A stretch of DNA of 63,068 bases, filler included, from Hyphochytrium catenoides (GCA_900088475.1; 10 parts of 10 records of this genome joined end to end with filler, not necessarily neighbours in it), one strand, 5' to 3'; positions 48,694-61,551 are shown, counted from the first letter of the whole stretch. The notes: a model not told the origin generated them from the letters alone. Made by a program: numbers and translations.

Positions 48694-51665
48694 GCAAGAG
48701 GGACAAGAGATAATAGAGCGGAGGCATGGTGGAAAGAAGGAGGGAGACTTGCCTGAAAGAGAAAGAGAGAGGAAAGATGATCAAAAGCATAAGAAATACC
48801 TGGAAGGAGAAAGAGATGAGAGGTTTGGTTTGGAGAGGAGGAAGACTTTGGGGAGTCAGCAGAGACAATAGCTATCGATCCCCGTGTTGATAATGTGTAC
48901 ATCAGTATGACTTTAGTGAGGCACCGCCTGGATAGAGGAGAGAGAGTAAAAGGAAAGAGGAAGAAAGGCAAAAAGAGGGCCCTCATTGTCCTAGTTCCTT
49001 CATCATTGGCGACGCGCTTCTCGCCTGTGCTTACATACATTTATACAACGTCCATGTAAGAATGACGCGTATGGTTGCCCTGTACATTGGCCGCGGCTAC
49101 GTTGACGAAAGAAAGGCTCGCTAGTCATCGTCTGCCTCCAACATAAGGCACAGGAAGTGCTTAGATAGTGTCGCTTTGCCAATAGCGGGACGAAAGGCAG
49201 TAGCATTGCACATGAGTCTTTCTGCGCTGTGCGTTCCGTCACCTAGTCAGCTAGAACAAGGCGGGATTCTTCACAAGCACTTCTTCAAAGAGCCAACTGA
49301 CCTTGATGCTAGTTGTGTCCTTTGACTGCTAGCTCTTGCCGCCTTGTTCCTCTTGCCTCCTCTTTCGTTTGCCTGGGCGCATCACTGGCTACTGGCGATA
49401 TTGCAAGCTTTATGAACCTATCCAGTGTTGGCTCTCTTAGTTCCTCTGTTTCGTGCCGCAATCAATTGCTGTTGGCGACAGTCTGGCCCTCGTATTCCCT
49501 CGTGCTCCTGTTGCAGTTCTCTACCACTGGTCTGTGCGCTCTAGTGGGACGGAACAATGGCAAAACGCTATGTCTACAAGCCCATCATCCTTACACATGC
49601 GGACAAAGTAGAATAGAGGTGGGATCAAGGCTAGCTCAGTGCCGTGCCGTAGAGTGAGAGGAGTCAGGCCACTGGATACTGCTCTCGTAATTACTTAGCA
49701 GATGAGTCTTTCTTGTGCCAAGGTGGAGGTAAGAGTGATCCAGAGATCAACCGTGGCAGGAGCTGAGCCTCAGTGAACGGAAAGGCAGCTATCTCCTGTC
49801 ACTATTGATACACGGTCACAGAAGTCAGACGCTATGAGTCATTCCTGAGAGAGAAGCGAGCTGGGCTCGGCTGCAGCAAGAAGCCAAAGGATGGGAAGAG
49901 CCGTCAGTAGAAGACGGTCCTCCTCGGGACACCATGTCAGCTCCTTTCTCATTCAGATTATGATAGTTCTTTTCTTAAGTTCTCTCCTCTCTTTCGACAC
50001 AAAGCGTTTCCTTAGCACTACATGCCCGCTGGGATTTAGCCGGCAGGGATGAGCACATGTCGGAGCACTGCCTGCAAATGCAGAGGACAGGCCTCGAGTC
50101 GACGAGCAGTCTCCAACGTACACCAGCTGAGCTAGAGTGGGGGCACAGCCCACTCCAACATTACGGAGGAGAGGGGTAGCGGGTGCAGCCTGCCTCATCA
50201 CCCAGGTTGCGCTGGGGTCCAGCCGGGCCGCGGTAGCTGAAGCACGCGGCCGGGATACTCGCTGTCAAATGACTCCTATCGGGATCTCTATATTCTTCTT
50301 ACCACTCATCTTCAGCGTAAGAGGCAGTGCCATCAGCGAGGAAGCTGCTGCACAGCACCAAAGAATTGAACAAGCAAAAGGCCACGAGCACCTCACCGCG
50401 GCACCTGACGGTGGACGAGTCCGGCGTAGATTTGAAGAGGACCTCTCCTGGTCTAACTGCAACCCTCTTCCTTGCGCCGGGAGCCAGTTCCGAGTCAATG
50501 AGAGGGCGACAAGGCCAAAACTAGTAGTGTCCAGTACCGAGATAGTAAGGCCTCTAACCTAGTGATCAACCGCTGCGAGACGGTAATCCTGGAGCTTGGA
50601 CATCGGCTCCTACGACTGTCCTTGAAGGAGAAACTCCTCATGGAGAAGAGTTTAGACACAGAAGAGACCGCAGGACGTTCGGACCAGGACGGGCACTGAC
50701 AGCATGAGATGAGCTACAGAGACTTAGTCCTTGAAAGACTAAGAACTCCGGTAAGCTCCTTCCAGTCTCTACCATCACCAGGCCCGTGTGTTAATTGGGC
50801 TGCGTCCACCTTTCTACTCGGCAACAACTAGCTCCTCAGTCTACTCGGCAATAACTAGCTCTTCAGTGGACCGGCTATTCTCCATAGTTCAGACCTAGCA
50901 GCCCTTCCAGTAGCTCTAGTTCTAGCCTGAGAAGGAGCTAGGACTGTGCTTGTCGATGCCGACAAACGGTAGTTCTACACTTTTTTGGGGTTTAGCCGTT
51001 CTTTGGTTGCTGACTAGTAGTAGTTCTTCTTCTCCTTCTTCTTACGAAGTATGAGAAGGCGATACACTGCCATCAGTCCCAATGTTCGGAAGGAAAGAGG
51101 TCAGGGAGAGACGGAGGACAGGGGAACAAAGAGCCAGGATGTTAACCAAGCCTTGCTGCTTGCCAGTGCGCTTCAGACCTTCTCTCCTCGTCCTTCTTGG
51201 TTCCTTTGTATGGAAGGAGTGTTAGCTCTGACCTTCAGGCCTGCGATCTCCATTTATCGACGGTTGATGACGGGGTGACGTAGACAATAACAGACATCTG
51301 GCCAGCCGACCTATAGCTGGATTGATGAGAGACGGAAGAAGAGTGAATGAAGAACTAAGAAGGATGGAACCCCAGAGAAAGGCTCATGGAGAAGGCCAGC
51401 AGGAGGAGGACACAGTGCGTTTGACCAGGAGACCGTTCTCCTTCTATCAGTGACCGGCGCCATCAGGAGACCGGCTCATGAGCCTCTCTGGAGGGGCCTG
51501 TGAGCCATCAATAGACACTGCGGTGAGCTACCGCCGAGAAGGGCTTTATAATATAGAAAGACCTGCATCACTCAGGGTCTTGAACCTGCTTGCGGCGCGA
51601 TCAAGCGCCAAGGTGGCTTTCTGTAGGCTTTAAAGCGGTTCATCACAGTCAACCTCAAGCCAACA

Positions 51666-52712
51666 ATGACAGGCCGCCCTGGCTTCAGCAGCTCACATGC
51701 CCGGTCAACCTACCGTCATGCAGTGATGATGGACATCTTCGTTGCAATCCTCTGTGTCTTGCCAGGATTACTTCTCTCGTCCATTGAAGTTGCGGCTCTG
51801 CCCGAAGGACCTCTCACTCACTCCTGCGGGGAGACTCTACTCAGTGCAGATCCTTTCTCTCCACCCACAATAATCTCCTCAGTCTCTTCCTCGGTCCTCG
51901 GAACCCGCACCAATAACCAGAGCTATGTCTTCTGTGTGCCTGAGAAAGGAGACTATGAGATCACTCTGGACATCACTCAGGCGCCGCCAAAGGGAAAGAC
52001 TATTACCTTCCACATCTTTCTTGACGGAGGAAAGGTCAACAAAGAACTTCCTTCTGCTGAGATCAAAGTTCCAGCGGAGTCTAAGACAGCAAAGGGCGTC
52101 GTGTTCCTCAATGAAGGAAAGAGAACAATGACTATCTTCCAGCTTCCCTGTTCCTCCTCTTCTGCTGCAAAGAGTTCCCCGCCTGCTCCTCTTAACGCTT
52201 ATAAGGTATCAGTGAAGAGACTCCTCACCAAAGAAGGAGAGAAAGAAAGCGTACACGAGCAGGAGAAGCACGAGGATGAGTCGGTCGTCCCTCGGAATGA
52301 AGTGTATAGCATCGAAGAGGAGAAGCACCAGGACAGCTGTGACGCTGTCGTTTATGCAGACAAAGAGAAACTAACCGTTCTCCCGCCCTCCAGCACTCCT
52401 CTCAGTGCCGTCGGGGAGAGCTATTCATATGACCTGTGCTTTGAAGATGCAGCTCCAGCCAACTATAGTGTCAACCAATTCGTGCCTTATCCTAAGAGTG
52501 ACACTGTCTTCGAGGTCTATTGGAATGCCAAAGCTGTTGGACGCATCTCTGCTGAATATAGTGGACCAGCCTTCGAGGTTTACGGCCTTGCGGCACGAGC
52601 AGATGTTCCTTTAAGTGGAAAGAAGGGTAACCTGACGGTAAAGCTTTTGGAGTGGGGCCTCAGTGCCAAGAGATTGACGCTTGCGCCTACGATTCAACGC
52701 GTCTCTCCGTAA
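51666..52712 (+). CDS. Intronless secreted protein with two CBM6/CBM35-like beta-sandwich modules (likely start at MMDIFVAIL, ~51726)
   Basis: Signal-peptide-like MMDIFVAILCVLPGLLLSSIEVAA. Module 1: YVFCVPEKGDYEITL..FHIFLDG..VFLNEGKRTMTI. Module 2: YSYDLCFEDAAPANYSV..FEVYWNAKAVGRI..VPLSGKKGNLTVKLL..LTL. Confidence 0.6.
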   Translation: MTGRPGFSSSHARSTYRHAVMMDIFVAILCVLPGLLLSSIEVAALPEGPLTHSCGETLLSADPFSPPTIISSVSSSVLGTRTNNQSYVFCVPEKGDYEITLDITQAPPKGKTITFHIFLDGGKVNKELPSAEIKVPAESKTAKGVVFLNEGKRTMTIFQLPCSSSSAAKSSPPAPLNAYKVSVKRLLTKEGEKESVHEQEKHEDESVVPRNEVYSIEEEKHQDSCDAVVYADKEKLTVLPPSSTPLSAVGESYSYDLCFEDAAPANYSVNQFVPYPKSDTVFEVYWNAKAVGRISAEYSGPAFEVYGLAARADVPLSGKKGNLTVKLLEWGLSAKRLTLAPTIQRVSP

Positions 52713-53540
52713 GACAGATTGCAAACCCGGCATCGTTAGAGCCTCTGCCTCGTACATCTTGAGAGGGTGTTTAGCTTTGCTGTAGGAGAGACCTGTACAT
52801 ACACTCTATGCCTAATAAAGAATCTGGAGCTACTCATGACTAGAAGGGCTGTTGACTACTGGCAATAGTAAGGGGAGAACCGCGACGATGACGAAGAAAT
52901 TGATAGGAAAGGTATGGAGAAAGGAGGCGAAGAGGGAATCTACGCTGAAGTTCTATGGCACAGACCGCAAGGAAAGACCTTGACTCCGCCTTTGTCTGGT
53001 CTATGATATGGCTCCTTCTATCTATTAGTAGAGTAGCAGAAGGGACTTGAAGGGGCAAGATCATGGAGCTGGCGGTGAAGGCAATAGCGCAACGGCTTCT
53101 AGTGAAGATGGCTGACGAAGGGGAGCGGGGTCTCTTAAGAGCTCGGGTTATGGTGAGTGGGCTAGGGTAGCGGATACTGGCACTGGTGCTTGCCATCGAA
53201 CGGGCAGGTGAACTAATCACGAAAGCGTGGCTTTCGCCCGGACTCCACTAGCCGCCAGATTAATGTCCTTGTAGAGTGCCAATAGATGAAAAAGAGTTGG
53301 ATCATCTTCAGTTTCAGATCTCTGGCTATGAAACAAAGAACGCGCGTAGAATAGGACGTGGTGCTTCGAATGAGCTCCACAGCTAATCTGTTATTGCCGG
53401 GCACTGGTTTCAACATTAAATGCGGCAGACCGATATGAGAAAGGTCATTTGTTCCCTTCCTTCCTAACCTTCGTCAAGGACGTTTCAATAGCAGCAGCCA
53501 CTGACGGAGATGATGCATGATGAAGCAAGGACCTTCTCAG

Positions 53541-53910
53541 ACAACAGACAGTATCATCCCAGCCCTCGCCGCCATCGCACAGGGCATTCTCAGCAGGCAA
53601 GAGACAGGTACTGTCATCTCAGCACTCGCCGCTATTCCACAGGGTATTCTCAGCAGGCAACAGACAGTCCTGTCATCTCAACACTCGCCGCTATTGGAGA
53701 GGACATCCTTAGGCAACAGGACAGGTACTGCCATCTCAGCACTCACCGCTATTGCACAGGGCATTCTTAGCACGGACTGACGGCACTGTCATCTCAGCAC
53801 TCGCCGCTATTGCACAGGGCATCCTTAGGCAACAGACAGTACTGTCATCTCAGCACTCGCCGCAATTGCACAGGGCATTCTTAGCACGGACAGACGGTAG
53901 CGTCATCACC
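53541..53910. repeat. Tandem repeat, six full units plus a partial seventh, periods 60/59/58/58/56/58 bp
   Basis: Core gtcatctcagcactcgccgctattgcacagggcattcttag recurs, with unit anchors at 53555, 53615, 53674, 53732, 53790 and 53846. Confidence 0.92.
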
Positions 53911-54392
53911 CGCTCGGTCAACAATCGGAAGATGGCAGATTCTGTCGCAGAGCTCCCGGAGCGCAGATGAAGCTCTTTCCTGATGAGTTCCAGATGCCAG
54001 ATGGAGATCTCGATGAGAAAGATTTTTGACAGAACCACAAACTGATTATCAATATTGAGGACAGATAATAGTAGGCCTTTGGAGTTGGATATTGCGTGTC
54101 TTAGCTGTGGCGGTTGGAGTAGTAAGAAGATTCGTTTTAGAGAAGATTATTGCGGCTTCAGATCTTGAGATCTGCAGAACTCCCCAGACTTCCTTTCATG
54201 TTCCCGATTGCCGGCGCTTCAGCAGACTTCTTAGCGGCAGATCTCCTATGCTGGCGACCAGATACTGAGCTCTAGAGATAAGGAAGTGTCTCTGCAGGAC
54301 CAGAGGTACAAAGCGAGAACTAGCTATCGCTGCATAGGAAAATCTTGGTAGAGGACCCAGGGAGACCAGCGGTAAAACGTCACAAGTGCCAG

Positions 54393-55778
54393 ATGGAGTC
54401 ATTACTAGGATTTGTAGGCAAAGAGTAAGGACACTCTTCCTCCCTTGCACACTGTTCTTGGGATCTGACGACCTCATCCTCCTTGGTACGATCTGACTCT
54501 CTCTCCCTCTGTTTCTCTCTCTCTCTCCCTTTTTCCGCCCCCTCGCTCATCCTTCCCCCTGGTCGTTGTCTTGATTGTCCTGCGCAACGAGCAGCTACGT
54601 CCTGATTGCCGCGGACGCCACTGCGGGCCGGTCGATCGTGGTCTTTAAACACGATGAAGATAAGGTATGGTTAGAGGCACTTTGCCTCGGCTAGATCGTG
54701 CACGAAGGCCTTCGCATTAGTCTTTTGCTTTGCTTGCTGCCTCTCTTGTGCTGACCTTCCCTGCCTCTTCTCAAACCTCTATGAGCTTAGATCATCAGCC
54801 TCGACTCCGCCAAGATCTTAGGAGCCGTCGGTGACGCGGCGCACCGGGTGAACTTCTCGGAGTACATTCAGAAAAACATCAAGCTCAACGAGCTTAGAAA
54901 TGAACTGCAAATGACGACACATGCAGCAGCAAACTTCACAAGGAACCAGGTGGAAGCTCTGCCTCTTTCTTCCCTCTCTCTTTCTCCGGCCTTCTCTGAG
55001 TGGGTTCCAATAGGGCACTAGAAGGTTCTTCTCTCTCCTCGTTGCGCTATTTCTGTCCCGTTCTCTCTCCTCCTTCTCACCGTCTTCGTCACACCCTTCG
55101 TCTCCAGCTGGCAACCGACCTCCGGAAAAGCCCTTCCAACGTTTTCTTGCTGCTGGGCGGATTTGATAAGGCTACAGAGCTGTCAAAGGGCGGACCCTCT
55201 CTCTACTACATGGACTACCTTGCTTCCATGACGAAGACCAACTTTGGAGCTCATGGATACGCATCATTCTTCATCACCTCCATCTTTGATAGATATTGGA
55301 AGGTAAGAAGAGAGAGACAGAGTGAGAGAGAGAAGAGATCAGCTTATGAAATAGCTGCTAACACGACAGAAGTGTGAGCGCAAGGAAAGTGATTATTGGG
55401 AGAAGAGATAGCAAGGATGGTGGCAGGGAGAGAGAGAGAGAGAACAATAGAGAGAGCATAAGCGGTCCCGTATTCCTCCGTCTTTGCCCACAGCATCACC
55501 TTCCTTTCGAGGTCAAAGAGGGATAGAGGATATGATGATATTAGAGAAAAAGCTGAGGGCATATCGAGAAGCCAAGCATCCTGTCACTCTGACTCTTCTC
55601 TTTCTTCTGCTTTTCTCTCGGAAATCACCGCCCTTAGCCTGACCTGACGCTCGAGGAAGGCAAGAAGCTCCTTCGACTCTGTTTGGATGAGATCCGCCTG
55701 CGCTTCCTAGTCAACCAGCCGCAGTTCGTTATCAAGATTGTGGATGCTAACGGCATAAGAGAGATTCAACTCGAATAA
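54393..55778 (+). CDS. PSMB2: 20S proteasome subunit beta type-2 (beta4/PRE1), 198 aa; exons 54393-54424, 54595-54664, 54791-54949, 55108-55302, 55638-55778
   Basis: MESLLGFVGKDYVLIAADATAGRSIVVFKHDEDK..NFSEYIQKNIKL..HAAANFTRNQLA..GPSLYYMDYLASM..FGAHGYA..DRYWK..RLRFLVNQPQFVIKIVDANGIREI. Confidence 0.96.
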
Positions 55779-56059
55779 GTGCCAAGGGGAATGGACTCCC
55801 GAGCGACAGAGAGACTGAGATAACGGGAGAGAGAAAGAGAGAGAGAGAGAGAAAAGAGGCTCCTAACGCGAGAGGAGAAAGGAGGAAGAGAGAAGGACCT
55901 AATCCTCTTCCCCGCTGTAGTTATTCAAAGCCTCTCGTCTTATTGAGAAACGGATAAATATGTGTCTATCTAGCGAGCTCTCATCCTCACTCTTGTAGCC
56001 TTTCTCTTCTCGCTTGCTCGTTCTCTCCTCGTTTCTTTCTGCTCTAGTTCTCTTTTCCT

Positions 56060-57484
56060 TTATGATATTTCTTCTGAGCTGGGCCCAGACAGGGTGAATG
56101 AGGATACAGAGTCAGAAGAGGAAGAAGGAAGTCCTCGGAGAAAGAGATTCTCAGCCTCGAGCTCCTCGATGTAGTCAAACAGGCCCACGATGCAACGCTA
56201 GAGAGACAGCCACAGGGGATTATTAGCCATCAAAGCGGGAGAAGGCACAGGCTAAAGCCGTGAGATGGAGAGAGAGGGGCCGCTCCATCTTCCTTTCTTC
56301 TAGGTTACCTCTATGTCAGCCTCCACTTGGTCTTTCTCCTTGAATTCTGCTTCTATGGCCTCCAATCTTTCCTGCATCAACCGCTTCTCGACATACCTAA
56401 AGCATGCAAAGCGTTTGGAAGAAGAGAAAAGAAGAAAGAGCGAGAGACCGGTGAAGGATAACGAATCAGACAGGTGGTCACTGAACATGCACGAGCGAGA
56501 AAGGCAAGCCAGCGCGGAGGGGCAGACGGAGACACACACACATAGAGAGAGACAAGGCAGGGTCTACTTCTCCGCCTCCATGAAGTCAATAACCCGAAGG
56601 AAGGAAGAGAGAGAGAGAGAAGCCAGATGAAGACATAGTAACGGAGAGAGAGAGAGGGATGAGAAGAAGAGCGGAAGATATGGAAAGATAAGCAATGGGG
56701 CAGCGAGGAGACAGCTTCGATCCTCTACGAACCACTGGCATTGGGCCTGTTCTTCTTCAGCTCTATGCATCCGTCCAGACAATCCGGAAGAGAGAGACAG
56801 AATGAGGGTGGTGAGGGAAGTTCGAGGAGAGTATTAGAGAAAAAGAGCCGAAGGGAAAGAAAGAGAGAGACAGAGAGAGACATTGAAAAAGACAGAAAGA
56901 AAGGGGCGGGAGGAAGAGAAGAACAGTACAAAGTAGTGATGCGAAGTATTACTGCGGCGGAGAATGAGGGCACTTAGACAAGAAAAGAAAAGAGAAAGGG
57001 GCAGGGAGAGAGATAATCCAAGCGCTATGAAGAGACACACTTACAGCGCCTTCACCGCTTCTGAAGTAGAATGGTCCTTCCCTTGCCCTTTCTTCGTATT
57101 CTCTGATCCTTTCTCTCCTGGTTGAAGTCGCAAAAGCTCCTCTGCGTGCTTCTGCACCATCTGTCCAGGGATATCGAGAGAGGGGGAGGAGAGAGATAGA
57201 CAGATATTGATAGAGACAAAGTGTGCGGAGGGAGAGAGGGTGCGAAGGAGAAGGTGTAAGAGAGAGAGAGAGACAGAGAGAGAGAGAGTAATCCTTCAAA
57301 AAGTCCAATAGTGCCAGGAGAAGAAAGGACTGAACAGAGTAGACGGCGTGCAACTGGGCGAAGAGAGAAAGACATCCACTGTCATAGATAGGAGAGTACT
57401 AGGACTTTGCCGCGGCAGTTAAGAAAGGAGAGAGGGTGGAGAGAAGGAGGTGAAGAGGAGCGAAAACAGAGAGAGAGAGAGAGG

Positions 57485-57550
<66 letters not shown>

Positions 57551-57963
57551 CTACTGATAATTAGAACTACTGATAGGGAGAAAGGGAGCTGAAGAGAGTG
57601 AGGGAGAGGAGAGGCAACCAAAAGCAGAATTGAGAAGGTATATAAAAGAAACCGAGCGAGAGAACATATAGGCGGAGACGGATTGTGCAAAGAAGAGAGA
57701 CGGTCTGGGGACCTTAGGTTTTGGTTCCTGTTGCTTGCCCTTCAGCTGCAGGAGACGCCGATACTCCGCCTTCGCCTTTCTCCCTCTCCCTGCACCTCCG
57801 TAGATCAAACCTGAGGAGGACATCGCCGCCTAGTAAGGAAAGCCAGCGACGGCAAGGGAAAAGCAAAAGTCCGTGAAGATGTGTCTCTTTAGAAAGGGTG
57901 ACGGTCTGCCTTCACCGCCACAAGCACAGGCAAGGAAAAGAGAGAAAAAGCGAAAGCAAAACG

Positions 57964-58002
<39 letters not shown>

Positions 58003-58333
58003 GGAGAGAAAGAAAGTGGGAAGGAAAGAGACAGAAAGAGAGGGCGAGAGAGAGAGAGAGAACAGGGAAGCGAGCGAGATGGGGAAAAAGAAAGTGACAG
58101 AGAGAGAGAGACAGAAGGAGAGAGAGGAGAGAGAGAAGTAATGAAAGGCCCTCAAAGGCTATTCAAGGAAGAAAGGATCCTAGGTCTCTTCACCTGCAGC
58201 CGCTGATGAGCTTTAGGTTTTGGTATCTGAGACTGCTTTGTTGCTGAGCTTGAGAGGGAAGGACGCTGGGAGATAGGCAAGCATTAGGACTGGCAAGCCG
58301 CGTTCAGAAGAACAGACATAGTAAAAAAGAAGA

Positions 58334-58407
<74 letters not shown>

Positions 58408-59761
58408 CAGCACTGGAAGCTAGCTGAAGGCACGAGACTCGGATAAAATGATCCCAGCGGTACCAGAGAAGAGAGAGACACAAGGGCAGATTCTACGAAG
58501 AGGGAGAACGTGAGAGAAGGCATAGAAGCGAGAAGAAGGCAAAGAAGGATTACAAAGAGCCTCAGCAGAGAGAGAGAGAGAGAGAGTAAAGCAGTGAAAG
58601 AGAGACGGACACAGAGATTGAGGGCAACAGAGAAAGAAGAGAGAGAGAAAGAAGTAGGGAAAAGAAGGTGCAGCCTTGCCTGCAGTTGCTGTACGAGGTC
58701 TTGTAGCTCTTTGATGGTCCGGTCCTGCTCGGACANNNNNNNNNNNNNNNNNNNNNNNNNNNNNNNNNNNNNNNNNNNNNNNNNNNNNNNNNNNNNNNNN
58801 NNNNAGAGAGAGAAGCGGATGACTTTAAGAAACTCAACCTTCAGATCTCTGGCCATTTTAAGCGCTTCCTGCGCTGCTCTTTGGGCGTCCGGACTGCTCT
58901 TCTTCAGCTGAAGGAGAAGAGAGGCCTGCACCTCCTTGAAACTAACGATCTCTCTCTCTCTCTTTCCCAGTGCTTCCTCTAGCCTCTCGGCCCTCTCTCT
59001 CCTTGCTTTGTTCTCTTTCTCCAGCTCTCGATTTTGCTTGTAGAGCTCGCGAAGGAGAAGGTCAGTCACTCTTTGTTGTTCCCTCTCTTTCTTCCGCCTT
59101 TCTTCTTCCTCCAGTGTATGGTTCTCTTGTCTCTCTCTTGAGTTTCTCCAGCTATCCCCACGCTCTGGATGATTGTCTCGACTGAGGAAACAGAAAAGGA
59201 AGAGAGAGAGAGAGAGAGAGAGAGAAGAAGTGAAACTCTGGGTCAGACAGAGTAAAAGAGATAACAGGGGAGGGTCAAGAAAAAAGGGGCCATAGAGAGA
59301 TAGGTGAAAGGCGATAGGAGAGACTGAGATTTCGTGACGGGAGGCCAATGAAGAGACATGAAAGGAGAGACATGGATCTGAGAAAGGAACGTATGGGTTA
59401 GCCTTAGGGCAGGATGGAGAAAGACGAGGGGCAAAGAGAGAAATAGGGACAAATGGTAAAGCGAGAGTGCGACAGAGACACACAGGAGAAGAGAGAGAGN
59501 NNNNNNNNNNNNNNNNNNNNNNNNNNNNNNNNNNNNNNNNNNNNNNNNNNNNNNNNNNNNNNNNNNNNNNNNNNTTCGGTTCTTTCGGATCTCATGCAGT
59601 TCCACGAGAGCTTCCTTTGTTGTGGGAGAGAGAGAAAGAGAGAGAGAGAGTATACAAGGGACGTTGGCACAGCATGGGGAGAAGGAAAAAGTGAGACAGA
59701 ATGTACTATCAGCAATAGGAGACTGTGAGGAAGATTGGTGAGTAGTTGAAAAAGACAAAGG

Positions 59762-59812
<51 letters not shown>

Positions 59813-60434
59813 TGAGAGAGACACTGAGAGAGACACTGAGAGATTCACTGAGAGAGACACTGAGAGAGACACTGAGAGAGACACTGAAAGAGACACTGAG
59901 AGAGACACTGAGAGAGACACTGAGAGAGACACTGAGAGAGACACTGAGAGAGACACTGAGAGAGAGGGAAAGATACATATATACATATAATGTGATCACC
60001 TTGAGTCTATTGTCTATGTCAGATCCGTCTTCGGGCTTCTCTCCGCCTTCTTCCTCAGCTCTTTCTGTTGCTCTGTCTCTCCTTTCCTGAGGTTCTTCCT
60101 CCTCATGCTGGTTCCTGCTCGTCTCTCTCTTGCTCTCTCTCGTCTTTCCTCTCTTTTCTGTCTCTCCTGCTGTTTCTCTCTCTACTAAGAGCTGTGGCTG
60201 ACTCTTCTGCGCTCTTCCTGAAAAAGACGAAGATCGATCGATTGCTCTTTTCAGCGTCTCTCTCTCTCTTTCTTCCCTCTCCAATGTACCTCCTCCTTCC
60301 CTCTTCTTGGGTCCTCTCCCCTCCCTCTTCCCTTTCGTGGAGAGAGTCTTCTCTTCCTTTGGCTCAGAAGAGTCTTTCCCTGACGGAGGTGGAGCCCGAA
60401 GGGCGCCATGTGGCAGAAAGAGGGCCATCTTCAC
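56060..60434 (-). CDS. Multi-exon coiled-coil hypothetical protein (5' end uncertain)
   Basis: Phase-consistent exons including ..DIDNRLK | EALVELHEIRK, ..LLRELYKQNRELEKENK..ALKMARDLK, EQDRTIKELQDLVQQLQ, ..KAHQRLQ | AAMSSSGLIYGG.., ..QW | YVEKRLMQERLEAIEAEF..IE | RCIVGLFDYIEELEAEN..*. Confidence 0.55.
59809..59964. repeat. 12-bp minisatellite (ACACTGAGAGAG)x13 inside an intron
   Basis: Thirteen near-perfect units directly abutting a pure (GA)n run. Confidence 0.95.
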
Positions 60435-60859
60435 GCCCCTCTGCTGTCTGTATCTCTCTTCTCTCCTGCTCTCTCCCTCTCTCTCGGTTTCTCTTTATCG
60501 GGATAGCTCATTTGCCAGCGGAGCGGAGCCTACCGAACGCAGGCTGATGGTAGTGGAAAAGGAGAGAGGCGAAGACTTGAGAGAGAGAGAGAGGGTTGCG
60601 CATTCCTTTGCTTCTTCCTGGCGTTCTTATCAGGGCAAAGAGAGAGAGATTGGACTTTTCTTCGCTGGCGCCGCCGCGCTCCGCCAGCNNNNNNNNNNNN
60701 NNNNNNNNNNNNNNNNNNNNNNNNNNNNNNNNTTAATTAATTAANNNNNNNNNNNNNNNNNNNNNNNNNNNNNNNNNNNNNNNNNNNNTCTCTCTCTCTC
60801 TCTCTCTCTCTGTCTTTTCTCTCCACGTCGCTCCTCTGTGGTCTCTCTCGCTGTCGCAG

Positions 60860-61551
60860 TGACGGGATTCCGCTGATAAAGAGATTCTCAGGCGGTGGGA
60901 CGGTGGTCGTGGACCGGAACACTGTCTTCACGGCGTTCATTTGCAACAAAGGGGACATCACGGGCGTGGAGCCCTTTCCTCGGCCCATTATGAACTGGAC
61001 AGAGACTTTCTATAGACCTGTCTTTACAGATTTATGCGGCAATAAGCAGGTCTCAGTCTTCGTCTCTCTCTCTCTTTCTCTCTCTCTCTTTTGTTCTATC
61101 GCTTTTCTCTCTCTCTCACGATTGACGCGGCAGGGAGCGCCTCTCTCTCTCTCCTCTTTTGTCGCTCTCTTAATCTTTCTCTCTTGCTTGTGGGCTCTCT
61201 CTCTTCTGTCTCGGTTTCTTCTTTCTCCTTCTTTCTAGTTCCTGTGATTCCTTCTAGCTCGACCATCATCGCAGCTACATCTCTCCTTACTGACTTCTTA
61301 TAGGTTACTCTTTCACTAGCCTGCAGCGGCTCCTAACCCTTCTCTTCCCATCTCTCACTCTTGTTTCTCCCTCTCTCAAACCGCCTTTCTCTCTTTGATT
61401 CTCCTCGCTCTTCTCCCGTCTCTTCTTTCATTAATTTGTCCCACTTCTCACCCATCTTCTCTTCCTTCCTGGCGTTCGGTGCTGTAGGAGTTCAGCCTTC
61501 TCGAGCATGACTACGTGCTTGGCAAAAGAAAATTTGGAGGCAATGCTCAAA
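60860..61551 (+). CDS. lplA: Lipoate-protein ligase A family, internal exons 60860-61049 and 61488-61551
   Basis: DGIPLIKRFSGGGTVVVD..PFPRPIMNWT..Y.PVF | EFSLLEHDYVLGKRKFGGNAQ contains the RRxSGGGTV and KFGGNAQ signature motifs. Confidence 0.92.

Noticed and set aside
49000-51600. Short ORFs and possible TE remnants (including a 27-bp tandem duplication at ~50814-50867)
   Set aside because: No recognisable protein motif, terminal repeat or TSD.
53541-53910. CRISPR-like repeat/spacer array
   Set aside because: The linkers between cores are homologous to one another, so it is a tandem repeat.
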